NCBI RefSeq assembly: GCF_030028105.1
Contig: NC_092379.1
Span: forward strand, 23,801,821 to 23,865,820
DNA: 64,000 nucleotides
Direction: 5' to 3'
DNA from: Mobula birostris
Taxonomy: Eukaryota
In this document: positions 1 through 12,467 of the stretch, in pieces
Layout: each line of letters begins with the position of its first letter
Numbering within the stretch: the stretch's first letter is position 1
Notes under the pieces: model-generated
Told to the model about the DNA's origin: nothing
What the model saw: the letters and a program-made list of their open reading frames with translations, nothing else
Database searches by the model: none
Position numbers and translations under genes: made by a program

Positions 1-556
1 TATCGTCGATACTTTTGTTGTATCCCATAACGGATCTCACGCCGGACATTACATGATGGGACTGACATCCACTTGTACCCTGGGGATATTGAGCCTTCAA
101 CCAGATCGTACATGGTGACACCTTTATCTTAATCCCATTACCTTCAACATGAAGGCAGCCGACAGTAAAACCTTGATAGCTGTCACTGACAGGGAACAGG
201 TTAAACTGCGCTGAAACGCCTAGCTGCTCAACGTAGTTTCGGTTGACGTTGAGTATCTGAACGCAGACTTGAACAATCACTGAGCTCACTCATCACAATT
301 GGTGTCATTAAACAGTTTGACGACATGGTATGACCCCATTCCCCTGCAGCCTATGCCCAGTCTGTGGACATTTCACTCGTGTTGCGGGGTATGTATCCTT
401 GTACTGTTAATGGGCTCCAGAGAAAACCACCGGTCGGGGGAGGTTCATGAGCTTGATCTAAATATCTCACCGATTTCAGGTGATTCACCGAGCTCGCCAA
501 TACCGTAAAATAATAAAATACAAATGGGTACAAATGCACTTGAGAAGTTGGTATAC

Positions 557-580
557 CTGAAGTTACTGTCTGCGAGGTTC
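557..580 (-). pseudogene. JH 3' remnant (GTSQTVTS + GT donor); 5' part and RSS deleted
   Basis: Minus strand GA ACC TCG CAG ACA GTA ACT TCA G|GTATAC. Flank is homologous to the J at 12.3 kb but ~55 bp covering spacer, heptamer and the J 5' end are missing. Confidence 0.6.
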
Positions 581-887
581 AATTTAATTTCACTTGCCCG
601 TCACATCCACTAATCTCAGAAAAGTGTCCAAATGATCCCAGAATGGAAGCAGCTACTTTCTGTAGTTCTACCCGAAACTCCAAATTTGGTTCTTCTTGGC
701 TCTGAATAAAAGAGACATTTCCCGCTATTCCGCAGAATCAGATTCGAATCCATTTGGGCTTTTCCTTGCCCAGGAATGGACATGTGTCCTAACAGTATGA
801 GTCAGCCTTCAGGAATTTGATTCTGGGAGTCAGTAATGCGGAATTCGTGGAGGCAGACTGCGGTGCAGACGCCCATTTGTCGGGAGC

Positions 888-951
888 AGTTTCTGTTCAG
901 CTGTCCATCACCGTGATCCAAATCACGGTATTTTACTGCAGGTCACAATCC
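888..951 (-). other. DH segment (D2-type, 12/12 RSS), core ATTTGGAT at 916-923
   Basis: Minus: GGATTGTGA-12-TACCGTG [ATTTGGAT] CACGGTG-12-ACAGAAACT. Confidence 0.75.
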
Positions 952-1520
952 GACTTCGTCATATCTATCCCGAAATCCAATGGTTCGCAGAGACGGCTAG
1001 CGTATTTCTTAATACCTCCCTCTGGGCCTGCGTGTCCTACACAGCCGGTCTCAATCTCGGCTATCCCAGTCCTGAAGTGGACAGAATATAACAAACGGGA
1101 GCTTTCTCTGGGCTTCAACTGACAGCTGCTTCTATGTGGATACGTTCCCTTCCAGACACATCTCCAGCAGAACTTGTACCCACTCCATTTTAGCACATCA
1201 CTCCTCAGTCAACTCGCACCAGAACACCAATGTTTCTCTGGACATTAGTGGTCCGCATACCCCCACCGTTTACTGTGACTTGTAGACGAAGGATCGATAC
1301 TTGACAAGGTCGATCGGTGACCCCATTCCGACTCATGGCGCTTGGCTCCGTGCTGCCGTTTGAAGTCCTCCGGTGAGCCCCTGGGTGCATCCATCCGGCA
1401 TCTCTTCTCAGGCATCCCCGCTGACAATAAGCCTCCCACTGAGTGGTGGACCGGACGTGTCCAGAAGGACCGGGTTACAGCTCTGGCAATCGCTGCTGAC
1501 CTTTTCCTCTGCGCCCTAAG

Positions 1521-2032
1521 GATTTTTGATCCGGTCCACTCCCGACCTCGCTCACTGTGCTCTCGCACAGTAACGGGCATGCGTGCCGCCCAGTCTCAGG
1601 TTGTGTTGATAAGCGGTGCTGCTGTCCTTGGAAATCTCGAATCGGCCATGGACTCCGGGAGCATGGTACGTTCTACCGCCTCCCAATACAACGGCTAGCA
1701 AATCCAGCGGATTTCCAGAGACTTGCTCCATCCAATGCATGACATATCTGCTAAAACTGAACCCGCTGGCTACCCAGGTAAGTCTGTGAGACCGTCCAGG
1801 CTTTAACACCGCTGACATGGGCTGCAGGATATCGGACTGCACGCCTGTCAATAAAAAAAAAGAGCAGAAATTGATAAAAATGTTCTACAAGCATAGCTTC
1901 ACAAAGCCTTCGAGAAACAGTCGGCTTCGGGTAGGTGATAAATTGCGGGACAGATATCTGCAAAGCAAAACAGGAGGACACAGAGATAAGGAAGACCCCT
2001 ATCGTGCTGAGCACTGAACCTGACTTGGACAT
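1521..2032 (-). pseudogene. IgH V pseudogene V1 (IgW-like): leader 1958-2032, V exon 1560-1844, 23-RSS 1521-1559
   Basis: GVQSDIL-QP..KPGRSHRLTW..W..VSG..GRFEISKD..YCAR; RSS CACAGTG-23-TCAAAAATC. Lesions: 75-nt leader exon (1-nt deletion), donor GT>AT, first Cys>Trp, FR1/FR3 deletions. Confidence 0.93.
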
Positions 2033-2349
2033 TTTTGAGATTGGGGATTTCAGCTGAGACCGGATTTATCGCTTGCCGCCGAAGCACTGTTCAAATACAG
2101 ACGTCGACTGTGAGTGAAATAAGGAGCCGCGGCTTGAACAGGATCCCGCCCAGTGAAACCAGAGGCGCAGCTTCCTGTCCCCGCCCCTAGCAGAGATTTC
2201 AATTTTCCAAAAGATGTTCGTCTCTGCACTGGAGACAGGAAAGTGACCAGATCCGGATTGCAGATCTGTCACACTCACTTTTTTCGGCCAGGAGCTGTTT
2301 GTGTTAACTGAAACGCAGAGAACCCCGGCGAGAACGAATGAGGGACTTC

Positions 2350-2715
2350 AGTCAGTGTACAGGTTTACCCCAGAGTGACAGGCGCTGAGGGACACCAGCC
2401 AGTGGACAAACATCACTCTGTGAGAAAGGAAGTGTGAAACACCGCCAGTGGACAGAGATTCCCATGAGAGATAGGAAATTCGAGATTATAGTCAATGGAC
2501 TGGTGGGTCCCCAGAGACAGCGACTGACAGACTTGTCGGTGGACAGATATCTCCTGAGAGACACCAGTCAGTGGACAGATAACCCCTGGGTGACAGAAAC
2601 TGAGAGACACCAGTTAGTGGACAGATATCGTTCTGAGTGACAGGGGCTGAGCACCTAGTCAATGGGCAGATGCCTTCTCAGGGACACAGTTCGAGAGACA
2701 CTAGACAGTGCACGG
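2350..2715. repeat. Degenerate ~46-bp tandem array (core CAGTGGACAGA), ~9 units, upstream of V1
   Basis: Cores at ~2354, 2401, 2447, 2494, 2538, 2570, 2617, 2661, 2707. Confidence 0.75.
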
Positions 2716-5700
2716 AAATGTAATAAGGAATAAAAAGGTTGCCCTACAGTTTTTTTAATCTGCACCCATAGCACGAAAATCAATATGAAGCACAGATCCC
2801 TGCGTGGAAAAGGATGTGATATTTTCTGAGAGCAAATGATCTTTATCTGAGACCTGACAAGATGAATTTCAGTTCCAATTCCTGGGCACATTTCCCCTCA
2901 CCATTATTAGAAAACGCTTTGACCTTTTTTCAGGCGATGGGAAGAACAGAACCATCGATGCAGGGAGCTCAGGTGCAGAAACCATTAGTAGGAGAAGTAG
3001 TTGTGGTTTATAACAGTACACTCCTCAGTAGGTTAGCAGGCAAGTACTGCTGAATCGGTCGTTTTGAAGGGCAACTCACGGGGAAGGGCATCCAAGGTAC
3101 AGATCATTAGGGTGGGTTGTTTTGTTTGCCCACCCTGGTGATAGTAGCACTGCGTGTCACAAACCTTGCAGCCTCACTCAAATATAAAGCGCGCTGATAG
3201 AATTACTAATCAAATCAAAGCTCACCCCTACCCAGGTGTTTTTCAATCATTAAGCAGGTTTTATTTCTGGACAAATCAGTACAGTGTCCGCAGATAATGA
3301 AGTACTTTCTGAAGTGGAGTCAGTGTTGTAACTGGAGGAAGGTGGGTTCCAAATTACATATAACAACCTCTCTGAAATATCAATGGCGTTTAAAGAGATT
3401 CAGCGTTCTGTGATGCTGTTTGAGGGATCAATGTTGGGACAGACCGTGAAGAACATTCCAAACCATTTATGTCCACCCGACACAACAGCCCATCATGGCA
3501 GTAATCAAAGTGGTGAACGTCAAAAGGACGACATCCTTGTCGTAGCGGTTGGACACTTGTCTGCTACAATGACTCGGAGATCGATGTCGTCTGGCGCTAG
3601 AACATAGTTCGTTGGTTCTTAGCAGGGTTTCCCATGACATGCAGCTCAGAGGTTAGAGCCTAGATTAAGAGAGGTCCACTGATCCTCCAGGATCGGGTAC
3701 TGCACAGGCTTACGAACCCGGACTGCACAAATAATGTTCTGGAAAGTGTAATAAAAATTATATCTGTGTACGACGGTACTTCTGAATCTCCACCGAGGAT
3801 TTGCATGACGGACAGGAATGAAAACTGAGAAGAAGATACAGTTACGATGAAGGAAACCCCGAACACGGTCATGATCAAGACCAAAATTGTTTTTCGAAAT
3901 GTATGAACTATGTCTGGCTAAGTTATCATCATTCCACCTACGAGCCGCCGTGGGAGCAGAAATGTACCAACCGTAGCTGGGGCATTATGGAGGAGATGGC
4001 CAAAAACTGACACACTTCACTTCAATGGTAAAAGTGTTTCAGCCATTTATCGTAGACTTCCGACTTCCATTTTTCGGCAGAAGTGCAATGTCACACGCTT
4101 GCACGGATTAAAATTTAATCTCCAATTTCTCGGCCCAATAATTGTCGATATCTCGCTGTTTCAATTTGACAGACTTCTTCGTTGTTCACAGGTCGGCAGT
4201 ACGTCTGTTGTCGGAAAACCTAATCAGCCACCTTACATTTTTCTCCAAAGATTTACATATAGCAAAAACTGCTGAGACCCTTGCGCCGTTCCTGGAAGAT
4301 TGGCAATGGCCATACTTCTCCTACATCTCCACCCTCTGCCTTCCATAGGCAAGGCAATTTAACATCCAATCGATCACGTCTCTTTGGATCATGTGTCTTA
4401 ATCTTCTGGATCACGTTACCACCAGTCCGCTTTATTATTGTACATGTAGATGGTGTCCCACCAGACCGCCCGGACCGCACATATTTATTCAAAAACATGT
4501 TTTCTTTCATAAGACATGGTCTCCTCTGCATAAAGCAGTTCTGACAAATAGGGCACCCGCCTTACTGACTCACATCAATAGTGTGATAATATGTATCATT
4601 TTAATATAATGCCAACAAACATTATCGGAGCCAACTTGCTTCAATCAGTGCTTTCGCCGATCCTGTGATTGCTTTTCCAGAGAATAAAACTGTTTGGGTG
4701 GCCGAGCCAATCAACTTGTAGTGTTGTTAACTTAGAGCTCCAACAACCGGCTTTCGTTCATGACGTCGGGTATAGTCCATGTGTACAGTTTTCAGTTCTC
4801 TTTGTGTCCTCCTGCTGTCCTGTCGGGTTATACGATTTCCACCAATATGCCAAAGATTTTTTTTTTCAGGTATACGTTTAATTACTAGCTGTAAATTAAC
4901 AACGTGGGTGTTTTAAGTTATGATAATTTGCAGGGATTGTGTGGAAAATAGAGGGAGATCGCAGAACATGGTGACTTATTTTTCGCCGGGGATCCAAGGT
5001 CTTCTCTTGTAACACTTCGTAAATTAGCATCTTTCATAACATTCCACTAATTATCAGCCTATAAGTGAAAATTAAGTGTTCATAAAAGAGGCGGGGATGT
5101 TCAAGGGTGATTATTTTCGGTTCTTAATAGGGCGGAATCAATATGTTTAATAGCGCAGCAATGTCAAACGGGGTCAAAATGGATGGAATGAATGGTTGTG
5201 GTTTTGTGATCAAAGTGGGATAAAATGCAGAAGTTCATGGGGGTGCGGATAGCATGGGGTATACATGCGGTTATCCAATTGTCGCCATGCTAGGACCAAG
5301 ATTGGCAAGCATGCGTAGGGTCACGAAATAATGACACGGGCAGCTGATATTTGAACGTGCTCATGTTTACAGAGGGTCATTTGGAAGTTAGAATTGGGCC
5401 ATCGACCATGAGGGTGCAGTCATAAGGGAAGTTAGAGATATTAACTGCATGGGTGAGTGATGCTGGAGTTGCATGGAATGAAGATTAGATTTCAGCTGTC
5501 GGCTGAAGTGGAGGGCGTTAGATAGTTATCGGATCCACTTTTACAACGTCTGCTGTAGTTCCGGGTACTTTCAGTCTCGCATTTTTTTAATTTCTCATGT
5601 CTTATCTTTGGTATTCTCTCTTTTATCTAAGACACTGATTATCGTCCCTATCATTCTCTCTGATATTACTAGGTCGCTAGGTCGCCTTTAGTGCTGAAGA

Positions 5701-5759
5701 CTGTGCAATCCTTGCTTGCCTAAACTCTGCTTGTTTACCACATAAGCCAATTCAGATCA

Positions 5760-7436
5760 CATAGAAACATAGACATAGAAACATGGAAAACCTACAGCAC
5801 AATACAGGCCCTTCGGCTCACAATGCTTTGCCGAACATATAAACCTAGGGTTACCCATAGCACTCTAAATTTCTAAGCTCCAGGTACCTATCCAGGAGTT
5901 TCTTAAAATACCCTATCTTATCTGCCTCCATCACCGTTGCCGGCAGACTATTCCAAGTACCTTCCACTATCTGCATAAAAAAACGTACCCCTGACATCTC
6001 CTCTGTACCTACTTCTAAGCACCTAAAACTGTGCCCTCTCCTATTAGCCATTCCAGCCCTGGGGAAAAAAAAAAGCCTCTGACTATCCACACGATAAATG
6101 CCTCTCATCATCTTATACACCTGAATCAGGTCACCTCTCATCCTACGCCGCTCCAAGGAGAAAAGACCGAGTTCACTCATCCCATTCCCATCAAGCATTC
6201 TCCCCAATCCAGTCAACGTCGTTGTAAATCTTTTCTGCACTCTCTAGAGTTTCCACATCCTTCCTGTAGTGAAGCGACCAGAACTGAGCGCCGTACTGCA
6301 AATCGGGTCTGACCAATGTCCAGTCCCAGCTGTAACATTACTTCTCGGCTCTTAAACACAATGCCACGGTTAATGAAGGCCAATGCACCGTATGCTTTCT
6401 TAACCACAAAGTCAACCTGCACAGCAGCTTTGAATGTCCTATGGATTCGGACCCCAAGATCTCTCTGATTGTCCATACTGCCAAGAGCTTTACCATTAAC
6501 ACTAGATTATGCCATCATATATGACCTACCGAAATGAACCAGCTCACGAATATCTGGGTTGAACTCCATCTTGCACTTCTCAGCCAAATTTTGCATCCTA
6601 TCGATGTCCCGCTGTAACCACTGACAGCCGTACAAAATATCCACAACACCCCGAACATTGGTGTAATCAGCAAATTTACTAACCCATCCCTCTACTTCCT
6701 CATCCTGGTCATTTATGAAAATCAAGAAGAGAAGGGGTCACAGAACAGATCCCCGAGGCACAGCACTGGTCATTGACCTCCAGACAGAATATGACCGCCT
6801 ACAACCAATCTTTGCCTACCGTGGGCAAGCCAATTGTGGATCTACTAAGAATAGTCCCCGAGGATCCGATGCATCCTTGCATTCTCAAAAAGCCTTACAT
6901 GGGGTACCTTATCAAATGCCTTGCTGAAATCGATAAACACTACCTCGACTGCTCTACCTTCATCAATGTGTTTAATCACATCCTCAGAAAATTCAATTAG
7001 GGTCGTAATGTACGACGTGCCTTTTACAAAGCCTGATTGACTATTCCTAATCATCTTATGCCTCTCTAAATGGTCATAAATCCTGCCTCTCAGGATCTTC
7101 TCAATCAACTTACCAACCACTGAAGTGAGACTCACTGTTGTATAATTTCCTGGGCTAACTCTACTCCCTTTCTTGAATAAGGGAACGATATCTGCAACCC
7201 TTCAATCCTCCGGAACCTCTTTAGTCCCCACTGACAATGCAAAGATTATTGCCAGAGGCTCAGCAATCTCTTCCCTCGCCTCCCACAGTAGCCTAGGGTA
7301 CAACTCATCTTGTCCCTAACTTGATGCTTTCCAAAAGCTCCAGCAGATCCCCTTTCTTTATATCTATATGCTCAAGCTTTTCAATCTGCTGCAAGTATTT
7401 TCCGTAGTGAATACTGAAACAAAATATTCATTAAGC
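5760..7436 (-). mobile_element. CR1-type LINE, 5'-truncated and degenerate
   Basis: RT fragments: FIDFSKAFDKVPH (6845-7135), SKFADYT (6507-6725), LFSLERRRMRGDLIQVYK (5851-6240); 3' tail (TTTCTATG)n at 5760-5785. Confidence 0.9.
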
Positions 7437-7778
7437 ATAACATACAAGTGATCCACTTCTTTGCCATAACCAAGACCTCACCTCTTTCCTAAAATGGCGA
7501 GAACTGCTCGCAATACCCAAAATGCTGCGCCAAGAGCGCTCCACTCCTCTTCTCGGTACCGTGGCGGGAGTTCAGCTCAAAGCCAACAGCCCTGACATGT
7601 GTAAAAAAAAAAAGTGACCCCAATATAAAGTCACACACTGGAGAAGCACTTGCTGAGTTGGGAATGGCCTTGTGATGTTTTGTTGTTGTAGAAGTTAATG
7701 AAAAACAAACTGGTTTCAAAAAATTGAATTCGGTAAAATAAAACTGGAAAAAGTCTATTTGCAACAAATCAGACTTAC

Positions 7779-8059
7779 ACGTTTTGGTGAAGGGGCATTG
7801 ATGTGAGCCAGTAACTCTGTTTCTCAAACCACATATGTTCCCTGAGCTGCTCAAAGTTGGCAGTACAGGAGGCAGAATAACGCCAGTCGGGCAGATTTGC
7901 AGCCGAACACATCCTACAACCCGGGAATAACAGGCGGTGACTACACTTTTGTCTGGATCAGTTGTCCTCGTGTACTTTACAACAGAGACCGATAAAGCTG
8001 ATAGCAGGGAGCAGGGCTGATGTGGGGATCTGGAGGTGCATGTGTCAGTTTAGAAGAAA
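7779..8059 (-). pseudogene. Decayed Ig constant (C1-set) exon relic
   Basis: Exon-sized, ends T|GTAAGT donor at 7777-7778; acceptor AG lost; paralog of 26.0, 36.3 and 57.3 kb units, which show C1-like motifs across frames. Confidence 0.45.
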
Positions 8060-8179
8060 CATGCAACGAAATAACTTTCGGGTATTTGTACAAAATAAAC
8101 GAGGGTGAATCACCAGATCGGATGAGATTCTGTCTGATTGTTGTCTTTATTGTATTAAGGATCTAGACTAGGATATTTA

Positions 8180-9255
8180 CATTAGATATCGCCTAGACGC
8201 CTTGATGTTTGACCTGAGACGCCTTGCTGCAAAGACCAAAACGTTGAGGAGGCTCATCACTGAAGCACTGTTTGCTGATGACTGTGCCCTCATGGCCCAC
8301 CAGGAGAACCAGCTGCAGACAATTGTCGACAAATTCTCCGTAGCCTCAAAGCTGTTCGGCCTGCCAATGAACCTCGGCAAGACAGAAGTTCTCCTACCAT
8401 CTGCACCAAAGAGTCACCGTCCTCAGCCATGCATCACTACCGACGGCACTGTCCTGAAGAACGTGGAGAGCTTCAAGCATCTAGGAAGCACCATCTCCAG
8501 TGACGGATTCTCTTGACAAAGAGATCATAGCAAAGATCTAGAAAGCAGCCAGGCACTCCGGAAACTCCGTATCAAAGTTCTGGAGCACAAGAGCATTCAG
8601 CTTTGAACCAACCTCAAGGTGTACAAGACTGTGGTCCGCACCGCTCTCATGTACGGCTGAGAAACCTGGACGCTGTACCGCAGGCACATCAAACAGTTGA
8701 AGCAGTTTCACATGCGCTCTCTGTGGTCTATAATGAGGATTCGATGACAGGACCGAATTACCAACCAGGAAGTCCTTGACAGGTCCACCAGCACAAGCCT
8801 TGAGACAAGGATCCTCCAGGTACAGATGCGCTGGACTGGCCATGTAATCTGCACGGGTGAAATAAGAATCCCTATGCAGCTGCTCTACGGTGAGCTTGGA
8901 CATGGAAGTCGCAATCAGGGCCGCCCCCAAAAAAGATTCAGACAACCTGAAATCGTGCATCAAGTGGGCAGAACTCCTGCCTCGATAACTTGAGGAGTCC
9001 GCAACCGTCAGGGCTGCGTGGCGCGCCCTGACCAAAAAAGCGTCATCTGATTTTGAGAATGACCGAAATCAGCACCTTGCAGCAGTACAAGACCGACGCC
9101 ACAAAGGTGTGTATGCACCTGTTCTAACGACTGCCAATCCATGTCCAACCTGCAACCGCATCTGTGCTTCGGCTTCGCCCTCCGAAGCCGCATGCGTATC
9201 CACAGATGACTGCACAATATTTAGTCTTTCTCGCACCCAGAGAGATAACCACCAA
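8180..9255 (+). mobile_element. RTE-clade LINE 3' part
   Basis: FDLRRLAAKTK..EALFADDCAL..FGLPMNLGKTEVL (8202-8516), then a frameshifted C-terminus. Confidence 0.88.
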
Positions 9256-9759
9256 TCAATCTGATAGAACTTCGGGTGGCTTGAAGAATAGATGGGGAAT
9301 TTTAGTTATTCATCTTTTGGGCTGTGGGCTGTGCCGGTAAAGTCAGAGTGAATTACACATCTGGGTCGCTATTCAGAGAGCGTTTGGAGGCAATCACGTT
9401 GATGGGTCAGGAGTCATAAAGAGGCTCGGAGGCTAAGGATGAGAGATTTCTTTCCTGAAGGATATCACTAATTCTGAAAGGAAATTATTACTAATGGCGA
9501 GATTTGAAAATAAATACAAATTGGAAATCTGACTGCAGATACAAATCTACTGCGGATTATTATGGCCTGAGTTTAAATTTAACAGGTTTGTTGCTGTTGT
9601 ATCCGTGGACTGTTCTTCCATCCTCATGCGTTACTCACCTGACTTCACGTGCTGCCCCTATTCTCCATCGCTTTGAATCCGACCTACTGTCTGCCCATTG
9701 AACCACTCTATATGTAGTGCCCAGGACAATATTTCTCTTTCGATAACATCATAAAATAC

Positions 9760-10140
9760 GCTGTCTGATCGTTATGACCGTAACGTTTATGGATTCTGCT
9801 GTATGTAGAATGGGTCCATATTCCCTTCACTGTAACAGGGTCGTATTTTGCAACTACGTCATTGCCTGTGAAGAGTTCGGGACACAATGAAAGGTGCTCT
9901 GTAAATGTCAGGACTGTATTTCAGAACTTATTTTACCGAATCACCAGTAAAACTAGTTTATGTGGAAAGCACTTGTTGAACAAACCCATCACGATCGAAG
10001 ACGGTAAGAAATTGGAGAAGCTGCTCAGTCTGTGAACTGAGAACAACCAGTTCCTTTCAACAACGAAGTTGAAATTATGTCCCGTGAGTGTGTGATGGGA
10101 CAGGTTAGAGGAAGTTTGCCCTCTGATCCTCAAGGATCTG
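9760..10140 (-). pseudogene. Partial decayed C1-set exon relics (paralogs of 26.9-27.9 kb)
   Basis: Minus LTCPITHSRDIISTSLLKG, and further downstream ND(V) followed out of frame by SCKIR; homologous to 27 kb and 58-59 kb. Confidence 0.35.
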
Positions 10141-10859
10141 GTGCTCTGCACAGGGTGACGAACCCTCACTGTTCAAAAAGTTGCTCTGGAAATAGCAATA
10201 AAAATCAATACCTGTGTGCGACGGTATTCCTAATCCTGAAGTTTACACTCTAATGCACCTGCCCTGGGAAGGATCAGACTGTGCAGAAGGATCTTTCTGT
10301 GTAATCTTTAGCTGCCAGGACAGGATATGGGAGCTGTAATCTACACTTAATTCATGCTCTGAGTACTCTGGGTGCTTGCTGGAATCTCCTTGAGGAAGAA
10401 TTCCCCAGATTAACAAGCTAAATACTGATTCTGTTCAATGACAGAGCAGAGAGTTACGTCATTGATCCGATAATGTCTGGGCTTCCCTTTAGCTGCGCAA
10501 ACCCAATAAACCCATTGGCTCTCTGCATCCTCTCTGCTCTCTCTTCCCTGCATCCCTTCGAATGTCAAATGTCCTCCTGTTCCACCTCTACACTCACTAT
10601 TAGACATCACGATCATTCAGGCAGTGTGTTCCATATCAGTAACATTCATCAAAAACGTTCCCTTAACTAGTCCTTCCCCACAGCATCTATGCTACTCCCA
10701 ACCCCCATTCGCCAATGCAAGGATGCCTGCAATTTATGAAGGCATTGCGCCTAAAATTCCCTGCTATATTATTTCTACACCACGTACCCACTGCCTTCCC
10801 AACTCCAAAGTTCTGCCTCTCCGCACTCCATTCCTTCACCCATCAGGGAATAAATCTAA

Positions 10860-11770
10860 TGTCATGTACCCTGTGACGGGAATACAGAACCAGCAGAAAC
10901 GGAGTATAATTTGCAGTCCAGTATTGCTATTAACTAATAATATTTATTAGTAACTACTCAATACAGTACTAACAATGTGATAAATTAAACAGGTTAGCAA
11001 TGACCATGTATATAAGCAAGTAAATCAGTAAGTATGGAAACATGTGTGAAAAACCAAGCTTCTTTAAGTCTATGGGTAAAAACATACAGTCTTACGATGA
11101 TGAGTAAAGTTCAGTTCTGTTCGGTTCATGGTATTGAATTGAGTAATGACTTTAACTAAGGGGACCAGTTTTCTGTGGTGGGGCTATCACCCAGGCGAGG
11201 CAGGGCACATGGAGAAATTCCCCACCAGTCGATCCTTTTCCTTTTTACTGCAAGAGCGACTGATCGATCCGCCTGATCGAATCTCCAAAACCCACTTTTT
11301 CCTGCGGGCACAACAATGCCCATTCGGTGTCCAAAACATGTGTCTGAGGTCAATGTCATTTGACCTCCTATTTATCTCACCGTACTGGATATCAGCTGTC
11401 ATTCAAATAACTCCTCCTTCTCTTCTCTGTGTGAGAAAGGCAAGCAGGCAAATGTCCTTGGGAAGTATCAAAACGCTCCCGAAAAATCATAACATCAATT
11501 GTCCATTAAATAACCGCCTTCGGTTACCACAGCAAATTACGAGCTGCTCGGTGCCATCTCTCTCTCCAAATCAGCAGAAATCCAGAAGTTACTTCCAGTG
11601 CCTTAAAGTAACAGTCCAGCAGTTAGTCTTCATTTCTCTCTCTCTCTCTCTCTCTCTCTCTTTCAAAACAACATGTCGGTGATAAATGACTCTCTCTCCC
11701 TCTTTTTCAAAGCACAGTTCATAGGGGTAATCGAGCACAGTTCATAGAGGTAATTCAGGACCCCGTCAGA
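10860..11770. mobile_element. Solo LTR (~910 bp)
   Basis: Starts TGTCATGTACCCTGTGACGGG, ends CCCGTCAGA; 4-bp TSD CTAA/CTAT; absent at the empty paralogous site near 59665. Confidence 0.7.
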
Positions 11771-11789
11771 CTATAAACTTAAAGCCATC

Positions 11790-12258
11790 AATTAATGCTA
11801 AGATGTCGCCTATACCTTAGCGGCATCCTGGGACAGACCTCTCGCTGAACATTACATGGTCGTTCTGACACCCCCCTCCACCCTGGTGAAATGGGAAGCA
11901 GTATAATAGAGCTGTGCTTCGGCCAGCATGTAGAAGAAGGTTCAAGAAGGTGATGACAGTAACACGAAAGTAAGAAAGGACAAGCCATTGTCTGGGGACA
12001 AATGTAGACACAGCATAAAGCCAGATCCAACAAGCTCCGTGACAGCATCTTTTGCCAAGTCATCAGACGGCTTAGTTCATGCTGACGCAACTGTATTTCG
12101 ATGTTATATTGACTATCATGTTCTACATAACATTTATTATAAATGACTATAATTGCACATTGCACATTTGAACGGAGACGTAAAGTAAATGTTTTTACTC
12201 ATCATGTATATGAAGGATGTCAGTAATAAGGTCAATTCAATTTAATCCAGTTCAATTC
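11790..12258 (+). mobile_element. Rex1/Babar-like LINE 3' fragment; (CAATT)n tail abuts the J 3' end
   Basis: Paralog of 28430-28898, which encodes RTNRLRDNFFHQ; tail caattcaa runs directly into the J end. Confidence 0.65.
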
Positions 12259-12338
12259 AAGTTACTGTTAGCGAGGTTCCTCCTGGTAGGCAATACATTC
12301 ACAATGCTCGGTCTCACCATTCACCCAGTGGAGTAATT
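12259..12338 (-). pseudogene. JH pseudogene with degenerate 23-RSS
   Basis: Heptamer CATTGTG (12300-12306), then ..TAC CAGGA GGA ACC TCG CTA ACA GTA ACT; WGxG motif broken; donor replaced by LINE tail. Confidence 0.75.
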
Positions 12339-12467
12339 TAACTTCCCTGTCACATCCACTAATCTCAGAAAAGTGTCAACATGATCCCAGAACAACAGCA
12401 GTCACTTCCTGGATTTCTATCCTAAACTTCGAATTTGGATCTTCCTGGCCTTGTCATAAAGGGGCTT

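Noticed and set aside
60-230. Minus-strand LFPV..FTVGCL resembling a CH1 start
   Set aside because: Cys-Trp spacing is 18, no acceptor was found and there is no paralog support; left unassigned.
817-1122. Recurrent plus-strand ORF (also 15618-15812, 45335-45529)
   Set aside because: It is antisense across D2 and its RSSs, starts at non-ATG codons, and its recurrence is explained by duplication.
2350-2715. CRISPR-like look of the spaced AGTGGACAG cores
   Set aside because: Repeats are degenerate, spacers resemble each other, there are no cas genes, and the context is vertebrate.
4560-5040. Scattered Ig-like words (GEK.VTMFC, HY*C) on the minus strand
   Set aside because: Too many stops and inconsistent spacing to support a domain.
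11630-11665. (CT)n microsatellites (also 55203-55240)
   Set aside because: Ordinary simple repeats inside mobile elements.
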